64,000 bases of DNA from the human T2T-CHM13v2.0 reference genome, Homo sapiens. A program made the translations under genes and the position numbers. The notes below the pieces were generated by a model. It had not been told where the DNA came from, searched no databases, and saw only the letters and a program-made list of their open reading frames with translations. Every line of letters starts with the position of its first letter. Position 1 is the stretch's first letter. Where the stretch lies: NCBI RefSeq assembly GCF_009914755.1, contig NC_060944.1; one strand, given 5' to 3'. Of the stretch, positions 36,754 through 48,974 are shown piece after piece.

Positions 36754-38446
36754 TTCGTTGGAAACGGGATTACAAATAAAAAGGAGACAGCAGCATTCTC
36801 AGAAACTCTTTGTGATGTCTGCATTCAAGTCACAGAGTTGAGCATTCCCTTTCATAGAGCAGGTTTGAAACACTCTTTTTGTAGTATCTGGATGAGTACA
36901 TTTGGAGCGCTTTCAGGCGTATGGTGAAAAAGGAAATATCTTCACGTAAAAACTAGACAGAAGCATTCTCAGAAATTTATTTGTGATGTGTGCCCTCAAC
37001 TAACAGAGTTGAACCTTTCTTTTGGAAGAGCAGTTTTGAAACACTCTTTTTGTAAAATCTGCAAGAGGATATTTGGATAGCTTTGAGGATTTCGTTCCAA
37101 ACGGGAATGGCTTCATATAAACTCTAGACAGAAGCATTCTCAGAAACTTCGTTGGGATGTTTCGATTGAAGTCCCAGTGTTGAACATTCCCTTTTATAGA
37201 GCAGGTTGGAAACACTCTTTTCGCATTCCCTGGAAGTGGACATTTGGAGCGCTTTCAGGACGACGGTGAAAATGGAAATATCTTCGAATAAAATCTAGAT
37301 AGAAGCAATGTCAGAAACTTTTATGTGATGGATCTACTCAGCTAACAGAGTTGAACCTTTCTTTTGAGAGAGCAGTTTTGCAACACTCTTTTTGTGGAAT
37401 ATGCAAGTGGATATTAGGGCAGCTTTGAGGATTTCGTTGGAAACGGGAATACATGTAAAAAGCAGACAGCAGCATTCTCAGAAACTTCTTTGTGATGTTT
37501 GCATTGAAGTCACAGAGTTGAACATTCCCTTTGAGAGAGCAGGTTTGAAACACGCCTTTTGTCATATCTGGAAGTGTCCATTCGGAGCGCATTCAGGCTT
37601 GTGTTGAAAAAGGAAATATCCCCCAAAAACTAGACAGAAGCATTCTCAGAAACTTATTTGTGATGTATGTACTCAACTGACAGAACTAAACCATCGTTTA
37701 GATGGAGCAGTTTTGAAACACTCTTTTTGCGGAATCTGCAAGTGGATATTTGGCTAACTTGGAGGATTTCGTGGGAAACGGGATTACATACAAAAAGCAG
37801 ACAGCAGCATTCTCAGAAACTTCTTTGTGATGTTTGCATTCAAGTCGCAGAGTTGAACATTCCCTTTCATAGAGCAGGTTTGAAACACTCTTTTTGTAGT
37901 ACCTGGATGTGGACATTTGGATCGCTTTCAGGCCTATGGTGAAAAAGGAAATATCTTCCCATGAAAACTAGACAGAAGCATTCTCAGAAACTTATTTGTG
38001 ATGTGTGCCCTCAACTGACAGTGTTGAACCTTTCTTTTGATAGAGCAGTTCTGAAACACACTTTTTGTAAAATCTGCAAGAGGATATTTGGATAGCTTGG
38101 AGGATTTCGTTGGAAATGGGAATGTCTTCATGTAAACTCTAGACAGAAGCATTCTCAGAAACTTCTTTGGGATGTTGCATTCAAGTCACAGAGTAGAACA
38201 TTCCCATTCATAGAGCAGATTTGAAACACTCTTTCTGTTGTATCTGGAAGTGGACATTTGGAGCGCTTTCAGGCCTATGTTGAAAAAGGAAATATCTTCC
38301 CATAAAAACTAGACGGAAGCATTCTCAGAAACTTACTTGTGATGTGTTTGCTCAACTAACAGAATTGAAGCATCGTTTTGAAGGAGTAGTTTTAAAACAC
38401 TGTTTTCGTGGAATCTGCAAGTGGATATTTGGCTAGCTTTGAGGAT
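36754..38446 (+). repeat. 10-mer deletion variant HOR (1693 bp), copy 2
   Basis: Shares private markers with copy 1 (ttacaaataaa, gatgagtac, ttcgttccaaacgg, atatcccccaaaa). Offset 13245 bp. Confidence 0.9.
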
Positions 38447-41400
38447 TTCGTTAGAAACGGGATTACATATAAAAAGGAGACAGCAGCATTCTCAGAAACT
38501 TCTTTGTGATGTCTGCATTCAAGTCACAGAGTTGAGCATTCCCTTTCATAGAGCAGGTTTGAAACACTCTTTTTGTAGTATCTGGATGAGGACATTTGGA
38601 GCGCTTTCAGGTGTATGGTGAAAAAGGAAATATCTTCACGTAAAAACTAGACAGAAGCATTCTCAGAAATTTATTTGTGATGTGTGCCCTCAACTAACAG
38701 AGTTGAACCTTTCTTTTGAGAGAGCAGTTTTGAAACACTCTTTTTGTAAAATCTGCAAGAGGATATTTGGATAGCTTTGAGGATTTCGTTGCAAACGGGA
38801 ATGGCTTCATATAAACTCTAGACAGAAGCATTCTCAGAAACTTCGTTGGGATGTTTCGATTGAAGTCCCAGTGTTGAACATTCCCTTTTATAGAGCAGGT
38901 TGGAAACACTCTTTTCGCATTCCCTGGAAGTGGACATTTGGAGCGCTTTCAGGACCACGGTGAAAATGGAAATATCTTCCAATAAAATCTAGATAGAAGC
39001 AATGTCAGAAACTTTTATGTGATGGATCTACTCAGCTAACAGAGTTGAAGCTTTCTTTTGAGAGAGCAGTTTTGCAACACTCTTTTTGTGGAATATGCAA
39101 GTGGATATTAGGGCAGCTTTGAGGATTTCGTTGGAAACGGGAATACATGTAAAAAGCAGACAGCAGCATTCTCAGAAACTTCTTTGTGATGTTTGCATTG
39201 AAGTCACAGAGTTGAACATTCCCTTTGAGAGAGCAGGTTTGAAACACGCCTTTTGTCATATCTGGAAGTGTCCATTCGGAGCGCATTCAGGCTTGTGTTG
39301 AAAAAGGAAATATCCTCCCATAAAAACTAGACAGAAGCATTCTCAGAAACTTATTTGTGATGTATGTACTCAACTGACAGAACTAAACCATCGTTTAGAA
39401 GGAGCAGTTTTGAAACACTCTTTTTGCGGAATCTGCAAGTGGATATTTGGCTAACTTGGAGGATTTCGTTGGAAACGGGATTACATACAAAAAGCAGACA
39501 GCAGCATTCTCAGAAACTTCTTTGTGATGTTTGCATTCAAGTCGCAGAGTTGAACATTCCCTTTCATAGAGCAGGTTTGAAACACTCTTTTTGTAGTATC
39601 TGGATGTGGACATTTGGATCGCTTTCAGGCCTATGGTGAAAAAGGAAATATCCTCCCATGAAAACTAGACAGAAGCATTCTCAGAAACTTATTTGTGATG
39701 TGTGCCCTCAACTGACAGTGTTGAACCTTTGTTTTGATAGAGCAGTTCTGAAACACACTTTTTGTAAAATCTGCAAGAGGATATTTGGATAGCTTGGAGG
39801 ATTTCGTTGGAAACGGGAATGTCTTCATGTAAACTCTAGACAGAAGCATTCTCAGAAACTGCTTTGGGATGCTTCAATTGAAGTCCCAGTGTTGAACATT
39901 CCCTTTCATAGAGCAGGTTTGAAACACTCTTTTTGTAGTATCTGGAAGTGGACATTTGGAGCGCTTTCAGGTCTACGGTGAAAAAGGAGATATCTTCCAA
40001 TAAAAACTAGATAGAAGCAATGTCAGAACTTTTTTCATGATGTATCTACTCAGCAAAAAGAGTTGAACCTTTCTTTTCAGAGAGCACTTTTGAAACACTC
40101 TTTTTGTGGAATATGCAAGTGGGTATTAGGCCAGCTTGGAGGATTTCGTTGGAAACGGGAATACGTATAAAAAGCAGACAGCAACATTGTCACAAACTAC
40201 TTTGTGATGTTTGCATTCAAGTCACAGAATTGAACACTCCCTTTCACAGAGCAGGTTTGAAACAATCTTTTTGTACTGTCTGTAAGTGAACATTTGGATT
40301 GCTTTCAGGCCTAAGGTGAAAAAGGAAATATCTTCCCATAAAAACTAGACAGAAGCATTCTCAGAAACTTGTTTGTGATGTGTGCCCTCTACTGACAGAG
40401 TTGAACCTTTCTTTACAAAGAGGAGTTTTGAAACACTCTTTTTGTAGAATCTGCAAGAGGATATTTGGATAGCTTTGAGGATTTCTTGGGAAACGGGAAT
40501 GTCTTCAGATAAACTCTAGACAGAAGCATTCTCAGAAACTTCTTTGGGATGTTTCAATTGAAGTCACAGTGTTGAACATTCCCTTTCACAGAGCAGGTTT
40601 GAAACACTCTTTTTGTAGTGTCTATAAGTGAACATTTGGCGTGCTTTCAGGCCTAACGTGAAAAAGGAAATATCTTCCCATAAAAACTAGACAGAAGCAT
40701 TCTCAGAAACTTGTTTGTGATGTGTGCCCTCTACTGACAGAGTTGAACCTTTCTTTGCAAAGAGCAGCTTTGAAACACTCTTTTTGTAGAGTCTGCAAGA
40801 GGATATTTGGATAGCTTTGAGGATTTCGTTGGAAACGGGTATGTCTTCAGATAAACTCTAGACAGAAGCATTCTCAGAAACTTCTTTGGGATGTTGCATT
40901 CAAGTCACAGAGTAGAACATTCCCATTCATAGAGCAGATTTCAAACACTCTTTTTGTAGTATCTGGAAGTGGACATTTGGAGCGCTTTCAGGCCTATGTT
41001 GAAAAAGGAAATATCTTCCCATAAAAACTAGACGGAAGCATTTTCAGAAACTTACTTCTGATGTGTTTGCTCAACTAACAGAATTGAACCATCGTTTTGA
41101 AGGAGCAGTTTTGAAACACTGTTTTCGTGGAATCTGCAAGTGGATATTTGGCTAGCTTTGAGGATTTCGTTGGAAACGGGATTACATATAAAAAGGAGAC
41201 AGCAGCATTCTCAGAAACTTCTTTGTGATGTCTGCATTCAACTCACAGAGTTGAGCATTCCCTTTCATAGAGCAGGTTTGAAACACTCTTTTTGTAGTAT
41301 CTGGATGAGGACATTTGGAGCGCTTTCAGGCGTATGGTGAAAAAGGAAATATCTTCCCGTAAAAACTAGACAGAAGCATTCTCAGAAATTTCTTTGTGAT

Positions 41401-43882
41401 GTGTGCCCTCAACTAACAGAGTTGAACCTTTCTTTTGATAGAGCAGTTTTGAAACACTCTTTTTGTAAAATCTGCAAGAGGATATTTGGATAGCTTTGAG
41501 GATTTCGTTGCAAACGGGAATGGCTTCATATAAACTCTAGACAGAAGCATTCTCAGAAACTTCGTTGGGATGTTTCGATTGAAGTCCCAGTGTTGAACAT
41601 TCCCTTTTATAGAGCAGGTTGGAAACACTCTTTTTGCATTCCCTGGAAGTGGACATTTGGAGCGCTTTCAGGACCACGGTGAAAATGGAAATATCTTCCA
41701 ATAAAATCTAGATAGATGCAATGTCAGAAACTTTTATGTGATGGATCTACTCAGCTAACAGAGTTGAAGCTTTCTTTTGAGAGAGCAGTTTTGCAACACT
41801 CTTTTTGTGGAATATGCAAGTGGATATTAGGGCAGCTTTGAGGATTTCGTTGGAAACGGGAATACATGTAAAAAGCAGACAGCAGCATTCTCAGAAACTT
41901 CTTTGTGATGTTTGCATTGAAGACAGAGTTGAACATTCCCTTTGAGAGAGCAGGTTTGAAACACGCCTTTTGTCATATCTGGAAGTGTCCATTCGGAGCG
42001 CATTCAGGCTTGTGTTGAAAAAGGAAATATCCTCCCATAAAAACTAGACAGAAGCATTCTCAGAAACTTATTTGTGATGTATGTAGTCAACTAACAGAAC
42101 TAAACCATCGTTTTGAAGGAGCAGTTTTGAAACACTCTTTTTGCGGAATCTGCAAGTGGATATTTGGCTAGCTTGGAGGATTTCGTTGGAAACGGGATTA
42201 CATACAAAAAGCAGACAGCAGCATTCTCAGAAACTTCTTTGTGATGTTTGCATTCAAGTCGCAGAGTTGAACATTCCCTTTCATAGAGCAGGTTTGAAAC
42301 ACTCTTTTTGTAGTATCTGGATGTGGACATTTGGATCGCTTTCAGGCCTATGGTGAAAAAGGAAATATCTTCCCATGAAAACTAGACAGAAGCATTCTCA
42401 GAAACTTATTTGTGATGTGTGCCCTCAACTGACAGTGTTGAACCTTTGTTTTGATAGAGCAGTTCTGAAACACACTTTTTGTAAAATCTACAAGAGGATA
42501 TTTGGATAGCTTTGAGGATTTCGTTGGAAACGGGAATGTCTTCATGTAAACTCTAGACAGAAGCATTCTCAGAAACTGCTTTGGGATGTTTCAATTGAAG
42601 TTCCAGTGTTGAACATTCCCTTTCATAGAGCAGGTTTGAAACACTCTTTTTGTACTATCTGGAAGTGGACATTTGGAGCGCTTTCAGGTCTACGGTGAAA
42701 AAGGAGATATCTTCCAATAAAAACTAGATAGAAGCAATGTCAGAACTTTTTTCATGATGTATCTACTCAGCAAACAGAGTTGAACCTTTCTTTTGAGAGA
42801 GCAGTTTTGAAACACTCTTTTTGTGGAATATGCAAGTGGGTATTAGGCCAGCTTGGAGGATTTCGTTGGAAACGGGAATACGTATAAAAAGCAGACAGCA
42901 GCATTGTCAGAAACTACTTTGTGATGTTTGCATTCAAGTCACAGAATTGAACACTCCCTTTCACAGAGCAGGTTTGAAACACTCTTTTTGTAGTGTCTGT
43001 AAGTGAACATTTGGATTGCTTTCAGGCCTAAGGTGAAAAAGGAAATATCTTCCCATAAAAACTAGACAGAAGCATTCTCAGAAACTTGTTTGTGATGTGT
43101 GCCCTCTACTGACAGAGTTGAACCTTTCTTTACAAAGAGCAGTTTTGACACACTCTTTTTGTAGAATCTGCAAGAGGATATTTGGATAGCTTTGAGGATT
43201 TCTTGGGAAACGGGAATGTCTTCAGATAAACTCTAGACAGAAGCATTCTCAGAAACTTCTTTGGGATGTTTCAATTGAAGTCACAGTGTTGAACATTCCC
43301 TTTCACAGAGCAGGTTTGAAACACTCTTTTTGTAGTGTCTATAAGTGAACATTTGGCGTGCTTTCAGGCCTAACGTGAAAAAGGAAATATCTTCCCATAA
43401 AAACTAGACAGAAGCATTCTCAGAAACTTGTTTGTGATGTGTGCCCTCTACTGACAGAGTTGAACCTTTGTTTGCAAAGAGCAGCTTTGAAACACTCTTT
43501 TTGTAGAGTCTGCAAGAGGATATTTGGATAGCTTTGAGGATTTCGTTGGAAACGGGTATGTCTTCAGATAAACTCTAGACAGAAGCATTCTCAGAAACTT
43601 CTTTGGGATGTTGCATTCAAGTCACAGAGTAGAACATTCCCATTCATAGAGCAGATTTGAAACACTCTTTTTGTAGTATCTGGAAGTGGACATTTGGAGC
43701 GCTTTCAGGCCTATGTTGAAAAAGGAAATATCTTCCCATAAAAACTAGACGGAAGCATTTTCAGAAACTTACTTCTGATGTGTTTGCTCAACTAACAGAA
43801 TTGAACCATCGTTTTGAAGGAGCAGTTTTGAAACACTGTTTTCGTGGAATCTGCAAGTGGATATTTGGCTAGCTTTGAGGAT

Positions 43883-44562
43883 TTCGTTGGAAACGGGATT
43901 ACATATAAAAAGGAGACAGCAGCATTCTCAGAAACTTCTTTGTGATGTCTGCATTCAAGTCACAGAGTTGAGCATTCCCTTTCATAGAGCAGGTTTGAAA
44001 CACTCTTTTTGTAGTATCTGGATGAGGACATTTGGAGCGCTTTCAGGCGTATGGTGAAAAAGGAAATATCTTCCCGTAAAAACTAGACAGAAGCTTTCTC
44101 AGAAATTTATTTGTGATGTGTGCCCTCAACTAACAGAGTTGAACCTTTCTTTTGATAGAGCAGTTTTGAAACACTCTTTTTGTAAAATCTGCAAGAGGAT
44201 ATTTGGATAGCTTTGAGGATTTCGTTGCAAACGGGAATGGCTTCATATAAACTCTAGACAGAAGCATTCTCAGAAACTTCGTTGGGATGTTTCGATTGAA
44301 GTCCCAGTGTTGAACATTCCCTTTTATAGAGCAGGTTGGAAACACTCTTTTTGCATTCCCTGGAAGTGGACACTTGGAGCGCTTTCAGGACCACGGTGAA
44401 AATGGAAATATCTTCCAATAAAATCTAGATAGCAGCAATGTCAGAAACTTTTATGTGATGGATCTACTCAGCTAACAGAGTTGAACCTTTCTTTTGAGAG
44501 AGCAGTTTTGCAACACTCTTTTTGTGGAATATGCAAGTGGATATTAGGGCAGCTTTGAGGAT
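43883..44562 (+). repeat. 4-mer truncated HOR (680 bp), copy 2
   Basis: Same junction and private SNVs (gaagctttctc, ggacacttgg, tagcagcaatg) as 36074 + 7809. Confidence 0.9.
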
Positions 44563-46255
44563 TTCGTTGGAAACGGGATTACAAATAAAAAGGAGACAGC
44601 AGCATTCTCAGAAACTCTTTGTGATGTCTGCATTCAAGTCACAGAGTTGAGCATTCCCTTTCATAGAGCAGGTTTGAAACACTCTTTTTGTAGTATCTGG
44701 ATGAGTACATTTGGAGCGCTTTCAGGCGTATGGTGAAAAAGGAAATATCTTCACGTAAAAACTAGACAGAAGCATTCTCAGAAATTTATTTGTGATGTGT
44801 GCCCTCAACTAACAGAGTTGAACCTTTCTTTTGGAAGAGCAGTTTTGAAACACTCTTTTTGTAAAATCTGCAAGAGGATATTTGGATAGCTTTGAGGATT
44901 TCGTTCCAAACGGGAATGGCTTCATATAAACTCTAGACAGAAGCATTCTCAGAAACTTCGTTGGGATGTTTCGATTGAAGTCCCAGTGTTGAACATTCCC
45001 TTTTATAGAGCAGGTTGGAAACACTCTTTTCGCATTCCCTGGAAGTGGACATTTGGAGCGCTTTCAGGACGACGGTGAAAATGGAAATATCTTCGAATAA
45101 AATCTAGATAGAAGCAATGTCAGAAACTTTTATGTGATGGATCTACTCAGCTAACAGAGTTGAACCTTTCTTTTGAGAGAGCAGTTTTGCAACACTCTTT
45201 TTGTGGAATATGCAAGTGGATATTAGGGCAGCTTTGAGGATTTCGTTGGAAACGGGAATACATGTAAAAAGCAGACAGCAGCATTCTCAGAAACTTCTTT
45301 GTGATGTTTGCATTGAAGTCACAGAGTTGAACATTCCCTTTGAGAGAGCAGGTTTGAAACACGCCTTTTGTCATATCTGGAAGTGTCCATTCGGAGCGCA
45401 TTCAGGCTTGTGATGAAAAAGGAAATATCCCCCAAAAACTAGACAGAAGCATTCTCAGAAACTTATTTGTGATGTATGTACTCAACTGACAGAACTAAAC
45501 CATCGTTTAGATGGAGCAGTTTTGAAACACTCTTTTTGCGGAATCTGCAAGTGGATATTTGGCTAACTTGGAGGATTTCGTGGGAAACGGGATTACATAC
45601 AAAAAGCAGACAGCAGCATTCTCAGAAACTTCTTTGTGATGTTTGCATTCAAGTCGCAGAGTTGAACATTCCCTTTCATAGAGCAGGTTTGAAACACTCT
45701 TTTTGTAGTACCTGGATGTGGGCATTTGGATCGCTTTCAGGCCTATGGTGAAAAAGGAAATATCTTCCCATGAAAACTAGACAGAAGCATTCTCAGAAAC
45801 TTATTTGTGATGTGTGCCCTCAACTGACAGTGTTGAACCTTTGTTTTGATAGAGCAGTTCTGAAACACACTTTTTGTAAAATCTGCAAGAGGATATTTGG
45901 ATAGCTTGGAGGATTTCGTTGGAATCGGGAATGTCTTCATGTAAACTCTAGACAGAAGCATTCTCAGAAACTTCTTTGGGATGTTGCATTCAAGTCACAG
46001 AGTAGAACATTCCCATTCATAGAGCAGATTTGAAACACTCTTTCTGTTGTATCTGGAAGTGGACATTTGGAGCGCTTTCAGGCCTATGTTGAAAAAGGAA
46101 ATATCTTCCCATAAAAACTAGACGGAAGCATTCTCAGAAACTTACTTGTGATGTGTTTGCTCAACTAACAGAATTGAAGCATCGTTTTGAAGGAGTAGTT
46201 TTAAAACACTGTTTTCGTGGAATCTGCAAGTGGATATTTGGCTAGCTTTGAGGAT
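44563..46255 (+). repeat. 10-mer deletion variant HOR (1693 bp), copy 3
   Basis: Copy 2 + 7809 bp; deletion junction 45942-45972. Confidence 0.9.
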
Positions 46256-48974
46256 TTCGTTAGAAACGGGATTACATATAAAAAGGAGACAGCAGCATTC
46301 TCAGAAACTTCTTTGTGATGTCTGCATTCAAGTCACAGAGTTGAGCATTCCCTTTCATAGAGCAGGTTTGAAACACTCTTTTTGTAGTATCTGGATGAGG
46401 ACATTTGGAGCGCTTTCAGGTGTATGGTGAAAAAGGAAATATCTTCACGTATAAACTAGACAGAAGCATTCTCAGAAATTTATTTGTGATGTGTGCCCTC
46501 AACTAACAGAGTTGAACCTTTCTTTTGAGAGAGCAGTTTTGAAACACTCTTTTTGTAAAATCTGCAAGAGGATATTTGGATAGCTTTGAGGATTTCGTTG
46601 CAAACGGGAATGGCTTCATATAAACTCTAGACAGAAGCATTCTCAGAAACTTCGTTGGGATGTTTCGATTGAAGTCCCAGTGTTGAACATTCCCTTTTAT
46701 AGAGCAGGTTGGAAACACTCTTTTCGCATTCCCTGGAAGTGGACATTTGGAGCGCTTTCAGGACCACGGTGAAAATGGAAATATCTTCCAATAAAATCTA
46801 GATAGAAGCAATGTCAGAAACTTTTATGTGATGGATCTACTCAGCTAACAGAGTTGAAGCTTTCTTTTGAGAGAGCAGTTTTGCAACACTCTTTTTGTGG
46901 AATATGCAAGTGGATATTAGGGCAGCTTTGAGGATTTCGTTGGAAACGGGAATACATGTAAAAAGCAGACAGCAGCATTCTCAGAAACTTCTTTGTGATG
47001 TTTGCATTGAAGTCACAGAGTTGAACATTCCCTTTGAGAGAGCAGGTTTGAAACACGCCTTTTGTCATATCTGGAAGTGTCCATTCGGAGCGCATTCAGG
47101 CTTGTGTTGAAAAAGGAAATATCCTCCCATAAAAACTAGACAGAAGCATTCTCAGAAACTTATTTGTGGTGTATGTACTCAACTGACAGAACTAAACCAT
47201 CGTTTAGAAGGAGCAGTTTTGAAACACTCTTTTTGCGGAATCTGCAAGTGGATATTTGGCTAACTTGGAGGATTTCGTTGGAAACGGGATTACATACAAA
47301 AAGCAGACAGCAGCATTCTCAGAAACTTCTTTGTGATGTTTGCATTCAAGTCGCAGAGTTGAACATTCCCTTTCATAGAGCAGGTTTGAAACACTCTTTT
47401 TGTAGTATCTGGATGTGGACATTTGGATCGCTTTCAGGCCTATGGTGAAAAAGGAAATATCCTCCCATGAAAACTAGACAGAAGCATTCTCAGAAACTTA
47501 TTTGTGATGTGTGCCCTCAACTGACAGTGTTGAACCTTTGTTTTGATAGAGCAGTTCTGAAACACACTTTTTGTAAAATCTGCAAGAGGATATTTGGATA
47601 GCTTGGAGGATTTCGTTGGAAACGGGAATGTCTTCATGTAAACTCTAGACAGAAGCATTCTCAGAAACTGCTTTGGGATGCTTCAATTGAAGTCCCAGTG
47701 TTGAACATTCCCTTTCATAGAGCAGGTTTGAAACACTCTTTTTGTAGTATCTGGAAGTGGACATTTGGAGCGCTTTCAGGTCTACGGTGAAAAAGGAGAT
47801 ATCTTCCAATAAAAACTAGATAGAAGCAATGTCAGAACTTTTTTCATGATGTATCTACTCAGCAAACAGAGTTGAACCTTTCTTTTGAGAGAGCACTTTT
47901 GAAACACTCTTTTTGTGGAATATGCAAGTGGGTATTAGGCCAGCTTGGAGGATTTCGTTGGAAACGGGAATACGTATAAAAAGCAGACAGCAACATTGTC
48001 AGAAACTACTTTGTGATGTTTGCATTCAAGTCACAGAATTGAACACTCCCTTTCACAGAGCAGGTTTGAAACAATCTTTTTGTACTGTCTGTAAGTGAAC
48101 ATTTGGATTGCTTTCAGGCCTAAGGTGAAAAAGGAAATATCTTCCCATAAAAACTAGACAGAAGCATTCTCAGAAACTTGTTTGTGATGTGTCCCCTCTA
48201 CTGACAGAGTTGAACCTTTCTTTGCAAAGAGCAGTTTTGAAACACTCTTTTTGTAGAATCTGCAAGAGGATATTTGGATAGCTTTGAGGATTTCTTGGGA
48301 AACGGGAATGTCTTCAGATAAACTCTAGACAGAAGCATTCTCAGAAACTTCTTTGGGATGTTTCAATTGAAGTCACAGTGTTGAACATTCCCTTTCACAG
48401 AGCAGGTTTGAAACACTCTTTTTGTAGTGTCTATAAGTGAACATTTGGCGTGCTTTCAGGCCTAACGTGAAAAAGGAAATATCTTCCCATAAAAACTAGA
48501 CAGAAGCATTCTCAGAAACTTGTTTGTGATGTGTGCCCTCTACTGACAGAGTTGAACCTTTCTTTGCAAAGAGCAGCTTTGGAACACTCTTTTTGTAGAA
48601 TCTGCAAGAGGATATTTGGATAGCTTTGAGGATTTCGTTGGAAACGGGTATGTCTTCAGATAAACTCTAGACAGAAGCATTCTCAGAAACTTCTTTGGGA
48701 TGTTGCATTCAAGTCACAGAGTAGAACATTCCCATTCATAGAGCAGATTTCAAACACTCTTTTTGTAGTATCTGGAAGTGGTCATTTGGAGCGCTTTCAG
48801 GCCTATGTTGAAAAAGGAAATATCTTCCCATAAAAACTAGACGGAAGCATTTTCAGAAACTTACTTCTGATGTGTTTGCTCAACTAACAGAATTGAACCA
48901 TCGTTTTGAAGGAGCAGTTTTGAAACACTGTTTTCGTGGAATCTGCAAGTGGATATTTGGCTAGCTTTGAGGAT

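Noticed and set aside
25202-45930. Variant boxes (TTCGTTAGAAACGGG, TTCGTTCCAAACGGG, TTCGTGGGAAACGGG, TTCGTTGGAATCGGG) as loss-of-function
   Set aside because: The changes fall at non-core positions; the 9 essential bases are retained.
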